Below are positions 25,582-37,447 of a DNA stretch of 64,000 nt, in pieces. The first letter of the stretch is position 1, and every line of letters starts with the position of its first letter. The translations under genes and the position numbers were made by a program. This DNA comes from an uncultured Eubacteriales bacterium (lineage in GTDB: Bacteria > Bacillota > Clostridia > TANB77 > CAG-508). The notes beneath the pieces are model-generated. The model had not been told where the DNA came from, ran no database searches, and saw nothing but the letters and a program-made list of their open reading frames with translations. The stretch is from assembly GCA_963542845.1 (NCBI GenBank), contig CAUTZA010000003.1, positions 14,746 to 78,745 of the forward strand, in the 5' to 3' direction.

Positions 25582-26875
25582 TTATATTTCTTGTAAGCTT
25601 TTTACAATATTTTCATATATTTTTTTCTTAAAGTTTAAATATATACTTTCAGTATTTTCTACCATATATTCTTCATTTTCAAATAATAATGGAACTATTT
25701 TAGAAAGTATAACTTCTCTTTTTCCTTCTTCTTTGCTGTATCCTCTTGCTTGAAGATAAAATAGTTTCTTTTCATCAATCTTTCCTATTGACGCTGCATG
25801 ATTTCCATTTACATTTTCTTCTGCACATAATAATATTGGTGATGACTTAGTTTTTGCTTCTTTAGATAATAATAATACATTTTCTCTTTCTCTTCCATCA
25901 GATTCTGGTGTACCTTTTCTAAAGCTTATAATCCCTCTAAAGTCCTTATATGCATTTTCAAAAAGTACTCCTTCAATATCAAGACTTGTTACAGACTCTT
26001 TTCCTATATGGTCTGCATAATACATAAAATCTAGTTTTTTATCTTTTCCGAAGTAAGTATACTCCCTTAATATCAACATTTGCTTTTTCGTCAGCTCTTG
26101 TCACATGTTTTATCATTTGGTTTCCACTTCCTAAAAATACATATAGTAGTTTTACTTTTGCATTCTTTTCTGCTTCTACATATATGCTATCAAGTGCAAA
26201 GTTTTTTTTGTTTTCATTAAATACAATTACTATTTCTGTATTAGAATTCTCTTTTGCAATTATAATTATATTATTATCCCTATATGTTTTTTCTACATTA
26301 TCAGATATATTAAATATATATTTTGCAGATACATTTTTATCTATTATAATTTTTTTATTTGATAAAAATATACCATTATTTATCATTTCAATAATTTTTT
26401 CTTCATTCTTATCTGCTACTATTTTTTCTATATCTTTAGTATATATATATCCCTCTTTTTCTCCTAATATTATACTATTAATTTCATTATCATTCAAAAA
26501 ATAATCTTTGCCATATTCTTGAATAATATCTTTTCCATACACATATTTTCTCTTATGTTCTGTGTTTTTTCCATTATTAGAAATAATTTCATTATCACTA
26601 TCATAATTTAGATTTGTTACATTTACTTTATCTTCTTCTAAATAATCTTCTACCTTCTCAACAACATAGATATTATTCATACCATTATTTTCTTTTTCTT
26701 GATCTTTTCTAGCATAATTTCCAATATTTGGTATATTTTTTACTCTCTTATTTATTCTTCCTATAATCTCTTCATTTTCTTTAAATTCTATATATGGAAC
26801 TTTCAATACCTTTTCATTAATGTTTATATGATTCCAAGTCTTTTTTTCCATCCTATTTAAATATATTTTTTTCAT
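25582..26875 (-). CDS. sufD: Fe-S cluster assembly protein SufD; +1 frameshift ~26050
   Basis: C-terminal GNHAASIGKIDEKKLFYLQARG motif; fragments 26039..26875 and 25582..26079 joined by one C deletion (CTT[C]GGAAAA). Confidence 0.8.
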
Positions 26876-28281
26876 TATCCATTTGTTCCTTCTAGTTCTA
26901 ATCCTATCAAGTTATTCATTTCCACCGCATATTCTATAGGTAGTTCTTTTGAAATTGGTTCTGCAAATCCTCTTACTATCATAGCTTTAGCTTCATCCTC
27001 GCTAAGCCCTCTACTCATAAGATAAAATATTTGTTCATCTCCAATCTTCCCTATTTTAGCCTCATGCCCTAAATCTGCTTCATCTGTTTTTACAGTCATG
27101 ATTGGTATTGTATCTGAAACCGCTTCTTTGTCAAGCATCAAGCTTTCACAGTCTGAATTTGATTTTGAACCTTTTGCTTTTTCATCTATATATACATAAT
27201 TTCTTGTCACACTTATACCATTTCCCTTTGTAATGGCTTTTGTTGTAACTGCTGAAAATGTATTTTCTGCTAAATGTATATTTGCACACCCATTATCTAT
27301 ATATTGGTCACTTCCTGCAAATGTTATTCCAGTAAATTCACTTGCTGCATTTTTACCTACAAGAACTGATGTAGGATATAGCATTGATACCTTTGATCCA
27401 AAAGATCCGTGATATCCATTCAACTTTTCCATTTTCTTCTACTATGGCTCTTTTTGTATTTAAATTGTACATATTTTTAGACCAATTTTCTATTGTAGAA
27501 AATCTAACTTTTGCATTTTTACCTACAAATATTTCAACACTTCCTGCATGTAAGTTTAATACATTATATTTAGGAGCTGAACACCCTTCTATATATGATA
27601 TACTTGCATCTTCATCTGCTATTATAAGAGTGTGTTCAAATTGTCCAGCACCTGCAGCATTTAACCTGTAGTATGATTGTATTGGTATATCTAAATGTAC
27701 CCCTTTAGGCACATATACAAATGATCCTCCGTGACCATACTGCAAGATGTAATGCTGTATATTTATGTAGGTTTTCATCTATCGCTTTTGTAAAATATTT
27801 TTTTACAAGTTCTGGATGTTTTTTTACTGCTTCTGACATATCCATATATATTACACCTTGTGATGTTAATATTTCTTTCACATTATGATATACCTCTTCT
27901 GAATCAAACTGAGCACTTACTCCTGCCAAATATTTCTTTTCTGCATATGGTATTCCGAAGTCTTTCAAATGTATTTTTTATACCTTCTGGTACATTGTCC
28001 CATGATGCTTCTTTTTTCCCCTCAGGCTTTATATATGTAACAATATCTGCTATATTAAGTTCATCCAATTCTGGTCCCCAATTAGGATTTGTTTGTTTAT
28101 TATATTTTTCTAACGCTCTTAAACGTATTTCTAACATCCACTCAGGCTCATTTTTTTCTTGTGAAATTTCTCTTACAATCTTTTCTGTTAATCCTTTTTC
28201 TAGCTGTTTAGATATTTCCACCTCTTCTATGATATCGTAAATACCTCTATCTACTTCTTCTATCTTTGTCTTTTTTTTCAT
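26875..28281 (-). CDS. sufB: Fe-S cluster assembly protein SufB; three +1 frameshifts (~27409, 27731, 27957)
   Basis: Four ORF fragments with colinear SufB similarity (GGSFVYVPKGVHLDIPIQ, GHEAKIGKIGDEQIFYLMSRGLSEDEAKAMIVRGF); each junction repaired by one C deletion. Confidence 0.9.
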
Positions 28282-28342
28282 TTTTTTCCCATCTTAATCT
28301 TCTATAATTTCATATAATTTATATATTTTCCATTCTCTAATA

Positions 28343-29162
28343 TTATTTTCCATATCCGTTTTTTTGAATTTCTTCTATTAAAGATATGTCTCCTGTTTTT
28401 TCTATCTTTCCATTTGATAATATATGTACAACATCTGGTTTTACTCTATGTACCATTTCTAAATGGTGTGAAATCATTATTATTGCCTTATCTTTATCAA
28501 AATATCTCATTATAGCATTTTCAACATCTTTTGTTGCATCAACATCAAGACCTGAATCAACTTCATCAAGCATTGCAAGTTTCGGCTTTAATATACTAAG
28601 TTGTAAGATTTCATTTTTCTTTTTCTCACCACCTGAAAATCCAACATTTAAATATCTTCCTTGCATATCTTTCTTCATATTTAAATTTTCTATTTCTTTA
28701 GCTATCCTTAATGCAAAATTCATAGCAGATATCTTTTCATCCGAAACTTTTGTTTTTGCAAATCTTAAAAAATCTGATGTTCTTATCCCTGCTATTTCTT
28801 CTGGATTTTGAAATGACAAGAATATTCCGAAGTCTTGCTCTTTCATATGTTTCCATTTTTGTTATATCTTTTCCCATAAAAAAAATCTTGCCTTCTATAA
28901 TTTCATAATCTGGATGTCCCATTATTGTATACATAAGAGTAGATTTACCTGTTCCATTTTTTCCCATAAGAACATGTATTTCTCCCTCGTTTACAATCAA
29001 ATTTACACCATTTAATATTCTTTTTCCTTCTACTTCTACTACTAGATTTTCTATTCTTAACACTTCTTTCAATTCTTTAACTTCTTCTTTCAATTTTCCT
29101 CCATACACTTTTATATTTAACATAAAATAAAAGATATATTTAGTATACCATAATTTAACCAT
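28343..29162 (-). CDS. sufC: Fe-S cluster assembly ATPase SufC; +1 frameshift ~28829
   Basis: GKNGTGKSTL Walker A, ERAR(L)GIFLSFQNPEEI, LSGGEKKKNEILQ, LAMLDEVDSGLD; repaired by one C deletion (CTT[C]GGAATA). Confidence 0.85.
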
Positions 29163-29235
29163 TATTGTTATACCATTTATATCTTTTCTTATTCTCAGTT
29201 TATTTAACTTAAAACTTTAGAAACTCAAACCTTTA

Positions 29236-30367
29236 TTAAAAACTTCCTCCATTTTTTCTTAACCAGTCTGGTATACGAGGTTCATCAGATGATGATGTTG
29301 ATTGTGTTTCTTGTCTTGTATTTAATCTTTCATAAAATGGTGTTGATTGTGTTTCTTGAGTTGTTGTAGTTTCTATTTTAGGAGCTTTTCTTTCTCCTTC
29401 AAATCCTGTAGCAATTACTGTTACAATTACATCTTCTCCTGCTGTTTCATCAATTACTCTACCCATAATTATTGTTGCGTCTGGATCTGCACCTTGGTTT
29501 ATTATTTGTGACGCTGTATCAAATTCATGTAATGTTAATGATTTATCACCTGTAACATTGTATATTACCGATGTTGCTCCATCTATAGTAGTTTCTAGTA
29601 ATGGACTTTGAATTGCAAGTTTAGCTGCATCTTCTGCTCTATTTTCACCACTTGCTCTACCAACACCTAAATGTGCTATACCTTTATCTTTCATTGCATT
29701 TCTTAAGTCTGCAAAGTCAATGTTAACTTCTCCTGATATGATAAGTAAGTCTGATATACCTTGAACACCTTGTCTTAAAATATCATCTGCGATCATAAAC
29801 GCATCTTTCATTGATGTTTTTCTGTCTATAATTTGTAATAGTTTGTCATTTGGTACTACTATAAGTGAGTCTACATTTGATTTTAATTTTTCTAATCCTT
29901 TTTCTGCTTGTAATGCTTTTTTTCTTCCTTCAAATGTAAATGGTTTTGTAACTATTGCGATTGTTAGTATATTTTTAGATTTTGCTATTTCTGCTACTAC
30001 TGGTGCTGCTCCTGTACCTGTTCCACCACCCATTCCTGCTGTGATAAATACCATGTTTGCACCTTCTAGTACTTTTTCGATTTCTTCTTTACTTTCTTCT
30101 GCTGCTTTTTCTCCTATTTCAGCACTTCCACCTGCTCCGAAGTCCTCTTGTTAGTTGTTCACCTATTTGAAGTTTAACTTCTGCATTTGACTTTGATAAT
30201 ATTTGTCTATCTGTATTAATAGCTATAAACTCTACATTTTTTATTCCTGCTTCAATCATTCTATTTATAGAGTTGTTACCTGCTCCACCTACACCTATTA
30301 CTTTAATTATAGCTTCTTCAAATTGTTCTCTTTCAACTATTTCTCTTACTTTGTTTTCTATATACAT
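29236..30367 (-). CDS. ftsZ: cell division GTPase FtsZ; +1 frameshift ~30139
   Basis: [29 protein letters not shown] (tubulin signature spans the shift), [17 protein letters not shown]; C-terminal conserved peptide IPDWLRK. Confidence 0.95.
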
Positions 30368-30517
30368 TTCTTCCCCCTTAAGTCTTTTCTTGATTTGATT
30401 TAGTTAACATTATTATCTTATGTATATTTGAGATTTTTTTATTTTTATATTTTTTTCTTTTTTATTATATTTATTTTATTTATTATATTTTTCCTATATA
30501 TCTATTATATCATTTTT

Positions 30518-31769
30518 TTAAGTATAGAAAAACTCTTTAATCTTATTTAATATTTTATTTATAGTACCTTTTTCTTCTTCTGCTCCCACATTACTTGCAA
30601 TGCTCTTTGCAAAAGGTTTTGATGAGAAATATTTGATTATTGAATATGCATCCTTATAATTTTCATCCGTTTTAATTGCAATCTTATTTGTAGATTTCTT
30701 AGTTTCAATTCCTAATATTTTAGAAATTAAAATTTCACTTTTATCTATTTTTTCTAAACTTTGTCCTACAATTATGACCTTCTTAATATATTTATCTAGC
30801 CCTATTTCTCTTAAGCTCATAAATATTTTTTCAATTGTATATGTTAATCTTCCTTCTATAACAGTAGATACTTGTGAAGGCTTTATTGTCCTTTTATTTG
30901 GATCTGTTGTAACAACCGTTGATAAAGATATATTATTATCATTTTTTATATATTCCTTTAAAGCTACATTATATGTTCTCTTTAATTTTTCAGCTTCTGA
31001 ATAGCTTATTCCAAATACATATTCCATATCAGCCGTAATATCATTGCCTCCAACTTCTAACGTATTTGCATATATAAATGTTCCTTGGATAAATAAACCT
31101 ATTTCAGTTTTCCTATACCCCATGTCTATTATCAATGTATCTTCTTGTTGTTCTCTATCTTCTAAATAGAATTTCTTTTCTGCTAATATTTTTGGAGAAT
31201 ATCCATCAATATTTAGTCCTGCTTTTTCAAACACCCTCTTAAGTTCATTTATATAACTCTTTCTTGCTGTAATTGCTTGTGCATATAATGTTATTTTTGA
31301 ACTTTTTCTATGTGTAGGATCTTTTACTATTTCTCCTGTTTCAAGTTCGAATACATCTGGTATTATATCTATTATCGTACTTCCATGATCAACTTCAGAT
31401 TTACCTACATCTAATATAGTACTTATAATATCATTTTCTGTTACTCTTTGTTCTTTATTATTAATTATCTTAGTTGCTTGTTTTTGTAAGATTTGAAGTT
31501 TATCACCTGGTAATGAAACATATGCCGAATTAATTTTTAACTTTGAAATTTTTTCAGCTTCTTCAACAACTTCACTTAAAATAGAAATAAGATTATTTTC
31601 GTCAAAACCTATTAAACTGCTATTAGTTTCCAAATCACATTCTTTGTGCGATGCAACTAATAACTGTATTTGATTTAGTCCGATCAATCTTTCCTATAAC
31701 TAAGCTTACCTTTGAAAAACTTATATCAACTCCGACAATTATATCTCCAATTGCCAAGATTGCCTCCAT
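30518..31769 (-). CDS. ftsA: cell division protein FtsA (actin-like ATPase); +1 frameshift ~31683
   Basis: N-terminal MEAILAIGDIIVGVDISFSKVSLVIG restored by one C deletion (GAT[C]GGACTA); IDMGYRKTEIGLF phosphate-2 motif; located directly upstream of ftsZ. Confidence 0.8.
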
Positions 31770-31870
31770 TTTAACTTATTTTTACTGTTTAAATATTATT
31801 ACATTTTTGTAAAAAAGTCAATTAATTTTAATATTATTTTCTCTTTTTTAGAAACTTAATTTTTCAACAA

Positions 31871-32299
31871 TCATTTAGTTTTTTTACTATTTTTCCCTTC
31901 CATTTTTTCAATATAATGCCTTCTTATTATTGACAAATTATTAAACATCCTGCTTACAAAAACAACAACTGCTGCAATATGTATGTCAAGATTTAATTTT
32001 ATTCCTAAATACACAAGCATCATGGTTAAAATAGCATTACCAAAAAAACCAGATATAAATACTTTAAAATCAAATCTTCCTTTTATCTTTGATGCAATTG
32101 CACCAAAAATTGTATCTAATATTGCAAGTATCGCAACAGAAACATATACAGAATATGTATATGGAATAACTGGTATATATTTACCTATCATAACCCCTAA
32201 TATTGCACCTAAACATATTAATATATAAAACATAATTTCTCCTTTAATCAAAACATCCAATATCACAAGTGCTACATAAACTTGTGTCACAAGATACAT
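31871..32299 (-). CDS. sbp: small basic membrane protein Sbp/YlxX-like (DUF1290) of the dcw cluster
   Basis: Two TM helices + basic tail, position between DUF881 genes and ftsA as in Bacillus. Confidence 0.5.
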   Translation of the reverse strand: MYLVTQVYVALVILDVLIKGEIMFYILICLGAILGVMIGKYIPVIPYTYSVYVSVAILAILDTIFGAIASKIKGRFDFKVFISGFFGNAILTMMLVYLGIKLNLDIHIAAVVVFVSRMFNNLSIIRRHYIEKMEGKNSKKTK

Positions 32300-32522
32300 C
32301 CATTTCTATTATCTGTTTAACAATTTTTTCAAGTTCTTCTTTTTCTATCCTATACTCTGTTCCACAGTTTTCACATTCTGCTTCTACATATCCTTGAAGT
32401 AGTAATTTCTGTAAATCTTCTCTCGTAAGATAGTTTAATGACTCTATAAAATCTTCTCTCCTGCATCCACATTCTTCATGTGTTTTGTGGAAAGATTTTT
32501 CTTCATTATTCTTCTCTTCCAT
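32244..32522 (-). CDS. small Cys-rich hypothetical protein (92 aa), possible zinc-ribbon
   Basis: CGC..CENCG..C..C.TC..C pattern; overlaps next ORF by 56 nt. Confidence 0.3.
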   Translation of the reverse strand: MEEKNNEEKSFHKTHEECGCRREDFIESLNYLTREDLQKLLLQGYVEAECENCGTEYRIEKEELEKIVKQIIEMDVSCDTSLCSTCDIGCFD

Positions 32523-33345
32523 ACTTAAATTTCACCTCCTCTGAACTTTTTGACATTTCAATATTATCTGACGATGAATATTCAACGCTTTTCCCATTTG
32601 CAAGCATTTGGTTAATATATCCATCTTTTGTTGTTATACCACTTTCCAAATTTTTCTTATTACCAATTGCTAAAATTTTGTATGGACCTACAAGTTTTTT
32701 ACCGTTTATTAAAATATCCTTACCATTTACTGCAACTATTTCTGTATTGTTCATAAACCTATTTCCATTTATCGATATTGCTTCTGCACCTGATATTATA
32801 AGCTGATTTACAAGCGTTAATATATCGTTTGCAGATATTACATTTCCATCATTATCTCTTAATGTTACTGTAACACCTTGTCCTATTATATCAACAAGAC
32901 CAAGTTTCAGCCTTGTTTCTTCTAGCTCTTTTTTTAGAACTTCTGGAACTTTTTCCCCTGTTATTTCAGACTTCTTATATTCTTCTATCTTTTTTTCAAT
33001 TTCTACTATATTTTTACTGTATTCCTTATTTTTTGTTTTTTCATTTAAAATTTCTGTTCTAAGTTCTGTATCTTTTAAAATCTTAATTCCTTTAAGATCT
33101 GTTTCTTCTACAGTCCTCACTTGAATAAATATTATTGATACTGTAATTGTAGCAGTAATTGCATATAATATTCCTTTAATTATATTATTTTTCCTTCTTA
33201 GTTTTTCTTCTTTTTCTTCCCTAATAATATCTTCTTCTGTCTTCTTTTTAGGCTTTCTTTTTGTCCAAACTCTTTCTTCTTCATCATAATATTTTTTCAC
33301 ATTTTCATTGCTATTATCGCCATTAGTTTTTTTATTATCTTCCAT
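32506..33345 (-). CDS. DUF881 family protein (YlxW/YlxX-like division-cluster protein)
   Basis: TM anchor + coiled coil + C-terminal LGLVDIIGQGVTVTLRD...AEAISINGNR...GPYKILAIG block shared with next gene. Confidence 0.6.
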   Translation of the reverse strand: MEDNKKTNGDNSNENVKKYYDEEERVWTKRKPKKKTEEDIIREEKEEKLRRKNNIIKGILYAITATITVSIIFIQVRTVEETDLKGIKILKDTELRTEILNEKTKNKEYSKNIVEIEKKIEEYKKSEITGEKVPEVLKKELEETRLKLGLVDIIGQGVTVTLRDNDGNVISANDILTLVNQLIISGAEAISINGNRFMNNTEIVAVNGKDILINGKKLVGPYKILAIGNKKNLESGITTKDGYINQMLANGKSVEYSSSDNIEMSKSSEEVKFKYGREE

Positions 33346-33376
33346 TTAGTTTTCCTATTTATTTCTAAATTTATGC

Positions 33377-34180
33377 TTATATTTCTTTATTCTTAATATA
33401 TTCTGTCTTATATACCCCATTATATTTAGGTACAAACACATTCTTTTCTTTCTTTAAATTTACTCCTATTCCGGCACTTTCTAATATTCTCAATATCCCC
33501 CCTGGAATTTCTAATGCTGTTGTTAAATAATCAGAATTTCCTATTGCCCTTATAACATAAGGTCCTCCAATTTTTTCCTCATTTATTTTTATCACTGTAC
33601 CAATACAACTAATTGGTGTAAGCGCTGTAATTCTTTGATCGTTTATTGATATTGCCTCAGCGCCTGCATTTCTAAGCACATTAACTATTTCCAGTATGTC
33701 TGTATCATGTACTATTATTTGAAGTGCATCACTTCCTACCTTTTTCTTATCTTCACCGTCTTTTAAAACTAGCTCAATTCCTTCTCCTCTTAAATCTGTA
33801 AGGCCTAATTTTGCACTGTTTTCTAAAACTTCTTTTTTCTTTTCTTCTGCTAAGTCGCTCTTTTTTGAAATTACATTTTTTAACGTTTCTAACTCTTTTT
33901 GCTTTTTCTGCATTTTTTCAAGTAACTCTTTGTTTTTAGAAGTTTCACTTGTAAGTGTATCTCTAAGTTCATTTGTTTCTGTGCTTACAATCCCCTCTAT
34001 ATTCTTATTATTCACTCTAGATAACAATGTAAGTCCTAAGGTTATCAAAAATACAGCAACAAGAATCATTATTTTAAACATGTTTTTCTGTATCTTTGTT
34101 TCTACCTTACCTTCATCATTTTCTTCAATATTACATTCTTCATAATAATTTTTATTCATATTTTTAAATTCTTCAAACAT
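33377..34180 (-). CDS. DUF881 family protein (paralog)
   Basis: LGLTDLRGEGIELVLKD...AEAISINDQR...GPYVIRAIG. Confidence 0.6.
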   Translation of the reverse strand: MFEEFKNMNKNYYEECNIEENDEGKVETKIQKNMFKIMILVAVFLITLGLTLLSRVNNKNIEGIVSTETNELRDTLTSETSKNKELLEKMQKKQKELETLKNVISKKSDLAEEKKKEVLENSAKLGLTDLRGEGIELVLKDGEDKKKVGSDALQIIVHDTDILEIVNVLRNAGAEAISINDQRITALTPISCIGTVIKINEEKIGGPYVIRAIGNSDYLTTALEIPGGILRILESAGIGVNLKKEKNVFVPKYNGVYKTEYIKNKEI

Positions 34181-34228
34181 TTCTTTTTATCTTTTCCTTA
34201 ATTTGCTAATATTTCTGAAAACTAATCA

Positions 34229-34969
34229 CTATATTTTTTCTCTAAACACCATATAGTTTCTTTTCGAATTTTTATCGTTAAATATTTCGCCTTCTTTACC
34301 TTTTTCTGTTTCAATTATATGTTTTGAAATTGAAATTTGAGCTCTAAGTTCTGTTAACTCTTCTTTTAATATTATTTTTTTCTTTTCTTCCTTTAAATCA
34401 AGTATAAACTGTCTGTCTTTTTTCTCAATACTAGTTACTTTATCTGTAAGCCCATAGTAGTCTAAAACATATTTTATCTTATTTATCTTTTCTAAAACAT
34501 CTAAGTCATCTCTCTCAATTCTTTTTTTTTGACTAAGTGATGTTGTTTTAAGTCCTAAAATCATAATAACCTTTTGAAGCTCATCACTCTTTCTTATTAT
34601 ATATCCATTTTTATCAATGATATAATAACCATTTTCATCAGATATTTGATAATTTTCATTTCTTTCTTCAATGTATATTTCAACCTTATTGGGAAATACC
34701 GGATATATTTTAGCTTCTTGTATTCTGGCATTTTCTTTTAACTTAACTGCTGCCTTAAAATATCTTTGTAAGAATATATTTCTTCCTTCAATTATTCCAC
34801 TATCTTTTTTAATTTTATCAATATCCAATTTTGTAGTATTTTTTACCTCTATACTTCTTACTATAAACATGTCTGAGGTAAGAACAAATACCATAAATCC
34901 TGTAAATGCAATTGCAAAAAGTATTGTAAATAATATTTTTGTACCGTTTCCTTTTTCTGCTTCACTCAT
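34229..34969 (-). CDS. divIB: cell division protein DivIB/FtsQ
   Basis: Single TM anchor followed by POTRA-like region; position in dcw cluster. Confidence 0.55.
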   Translation of the reverse strand: MSEAEKGNGTKILFTILFAIAFTGFMVFVLTSDMFIVRSIEVKNTTKLDIDKIKKDSGIIEGRNIFLQRYFKAAVKLKENARIQEAKIYPVFPNKVEIYIEERNENYQISDENGYYIIDKNGYIIRKSDELQKVIMILGLKTTSLSQKKRIERDDLDVLEKINKIKYVLDYYGLTDKVTSIEKKDRQFILDLKEEKKKIILKEELTELRAQISISKHIIETEKGKEGEIFNDKNSKRNYMVFREKI

Positions 34970-34979
34970 CTTGTCACCA

Positions 34980-35502
34980 CTATTTTTCTTCTAAATTAAT
35001 TTCATCTAATTTTGGAAGCTCTTCCAAACTCCCAAGTCCAAATGTTAACAAAAACTTTTCTGTTGTTCTATATCCCATAGGTCTTCCGAAGTGTTTCATG
35101 TTTACCACTTTCTTTTATAAGGCCATATTCTATAAGCTTGTATATTATAGCATCTGATGAAACCCCTCTTATATTTTCAATTTCAGCTCTTGTTATATCT
35201 TCATTATATGCAATAATCGATAAAACTTCCATAGCAGCTTTTGTAAGTCTAGGATTTGTTCTTTTATCGAATATCTTATTTATATATTCCATTGTTTCTC
35301 TTTTTGCAACAAACTGAACCATATCACCTAATAACACAAGTTCTATTCCACTATCTTCCTTTGAATATTTTTCTATTATAAGTTTTTCAATATTTTCAAT
35401 TATTTCTTTTTTATCAACTTCCAGTGTTTCTGCAAGTATATCAACCGTTATCGGCTCTCCCGAAAAGAATACTATTGCCTCAATTTTTTCACGTATTTTC
35501 AT
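34980..35502 (-). CDS. scpB: segregation and condensation protein B; +1 frameshift ~35088
   Basis: IEAIVFFSGEPITVDILAETLEV; C-terminal GRPMGYRTTEKFLLTFGLGSLEELPKL restored by one C deletion (CTT[C]GGAAGA). Confidence 0.8.
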
Positions 35503-35517
35503 TTTTTCTCTTTTCTA

Positions 35518-35546
35518 ATTGACATTAATAATATTTTAAAGTATAA
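35518..35546 (+). promoter_or_regulatory. sigma-A type promoter for tRNA-Met (TTGACA-17 nt-TATAAT)
   Basis: Exact consensus hexamers with 17-nt spacer ending 11 nt before tRNA 5' end. Confidence 0.55.
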
Positions 35547-35557
35547 TGTAAATGTTT

Positions 35558-35634
35558 GGTGAAGTAGCTCAGTTGGCTAGAGCATTCGGTTCATACCCGA
35601 AGGGTCAGGGGTTCAAGTCCCTTCTTCACTACCA
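35558..35634 (+). tRNA. tRNA-Met (anticodon CAT, elongator type), CCA encoded
   Basis: Cloverleaf: acceptor GGTGAAG/CTTCACT, D-arm GCTCAGTTGGCTAGAGC, anticodon stem TTCGG/CCGAA loop TTCATAC, T-loop TTCAAGT; G1-U72 pair (not initiator). Confidence 0.85.
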
Positions 35635-35661
35635 GATACTTAATTTTAAGTATCTTTTTTT
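35635..35661 (+). terminator. rho-independent terminator after tRNA-Met
   Basis: gatacttaattttaagtatc hairpin + T7. Confidence 0.5.
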
Positions 35662-35985
35662 GTTTTTGTATCTTTTTTTATTTCTTACATATTACAACTT
35701 TATAACACTATACATTATAACATTAATGAAATTTAGATCTATATCCTTTAAGGTTAGCATAATAATTTTATATAAAGGTAGGTAATGTAACGTAAATTAA
35801 ATTATATTAAATCAAATTACATTAAACTTAACCCCTAAATTATTATGCTAATCTTATCTTAAAATATATAAAATCTAAATTTCATTTTTATTATATTCAA
35901 CCTTTTCAATATTTCTTTTTTAAAATTCAAAAAACTTCTCATTTTTCAAATATATTGTATAACATTGTACTAATATTAATATAAT

Positions 35986-37426
35986 ACTAACATTCACAGT
36001 TCTTTGGTGTTCTTGGGAATGGTATTACATCCCTTATATTTTGCACTCCTGTTAAATACATTATAAGTCTTTCAAATCCAAGACCGAAACCCTGAATGTT
36101 CTACTGTTCCATATCTTCTTAAATCTAGATACCAATCATATCCTGGTATATCCATTCCGAAGTTTTTCCATCTTATCTAAAAGTACATCTAACCTTTCTT
36201 CTCTTTGACTTCCACCAACAAGTTCACCTATTCCTGGAACTAAAAGGTCTGTTGCTGCTACTGTTTTTCCATCATTGTTATTTCTCATGTAGAATGCTTT
36301 AATATCTTTTGGATAGCTTGTTAAAAATATTGGCATTTTGTATATTTCTTCAGCTAAATATCTTTCATGTTCAGTATCTAAATCCATTCCCCATTCTACT
36401 TCTTTTTCAAACACTTTTCCTGATTTTTGTAGCTTTTCTATCGCTTCTGTGTATGTAACTCTTGCAAAATCATTTTCCACTGCCTTTTGCAACTTTTCTA
36501 TTAACCCTTCTGATACAAACTTATTTAAAAATTCTAATTCGTCTTTTGCATTTTCAAAAATATAATTTACTATATATTTGAACATTCCTTCTGCTGTATC
36601 CATTATTTCATCTAAATCTGCAAATGCAACTTCTGGTTCTATCATCCAAAATTCTGCTGCATGTTTTGTTGTATTTGAGTTTTCTGCTCTAAATGTAGGT
36701 CCAAATGTATATATTTTTCCGAAAAGCATGTGCAAAACATTCACCATTTAATTGTCCTGTAACAGATAAAAATGCATCTTTACCAAAGAAATCTTTTTTC
36801 ATAAGTTCTGAATCAATTTCTTTTTGTCTCATTTCTTTTTTTGCTAATTTTTCTGTTTCACTAACTATTTCTTCATTTTTAAGAGTTGTTATTTTAAACA
36901 TTTCTCCTGCGCCTTCACCATCACTACTTGTAATTATTGGTGTATTAACATATACATACCCATTTTTTTGGAAATATTCATGTATTGCCATAGATGCAAG
37001 TGATCTTATTCTAAATACACTTCTAAATATATTTGAACGTGGTCTTAAGTGTGATACTGTACGGAAAAATTCGTATGTATGTCTTTTATTTTGGATTGGA
37101 TATTTTTCGTCACTTAATCCTTCTACCTCTATTTCTGTAACTTTAACTTCTATATCTTGCTTACCTTGACTTTTAACTACTATTCCTCTAACTTTTAATG
37201 ATGAATATAGTGTAACTTTATCTATTTCTTTAAAATTTTCTATAGTATCATCTATAACAAGCTGTATACTTTTAAAATTACTACCATCATTTAATTCTAT
37301 AAATCCGGATAGCTTTAGAAAAACGAATATTTCTTACCCATCCTCTTAGGTATACTTTTTTTTCAATATATTTATCTTTATTTTTGAATATTTCATCTAT
37401 TTCTATTCTTTTTGGTCTTTCTTCCA
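35986..37426 (-). CDS. asnS: asparaginyl-tRNA synthetase; four +1 frameshifts (~36086, 36159, 36721, 37307)
   Basis: N-terminal OB-fold [49 protein letters not shown], class II motifs [29 protein letters not shown]-terminal [15 protein letters not shown]; each junction repaired by one C deletion. Confidence 0.9.
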
Positions 37427-37447
37427 TAAACATCTCCTAACTATTTA

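Noticed and set aside
35552-35785. 77-aa ORF overlapping tRNA-Met
   Set aside because: It begins inside the tRNA gene; the tRNA cloverleaf, promoter and terminator explain the locus.
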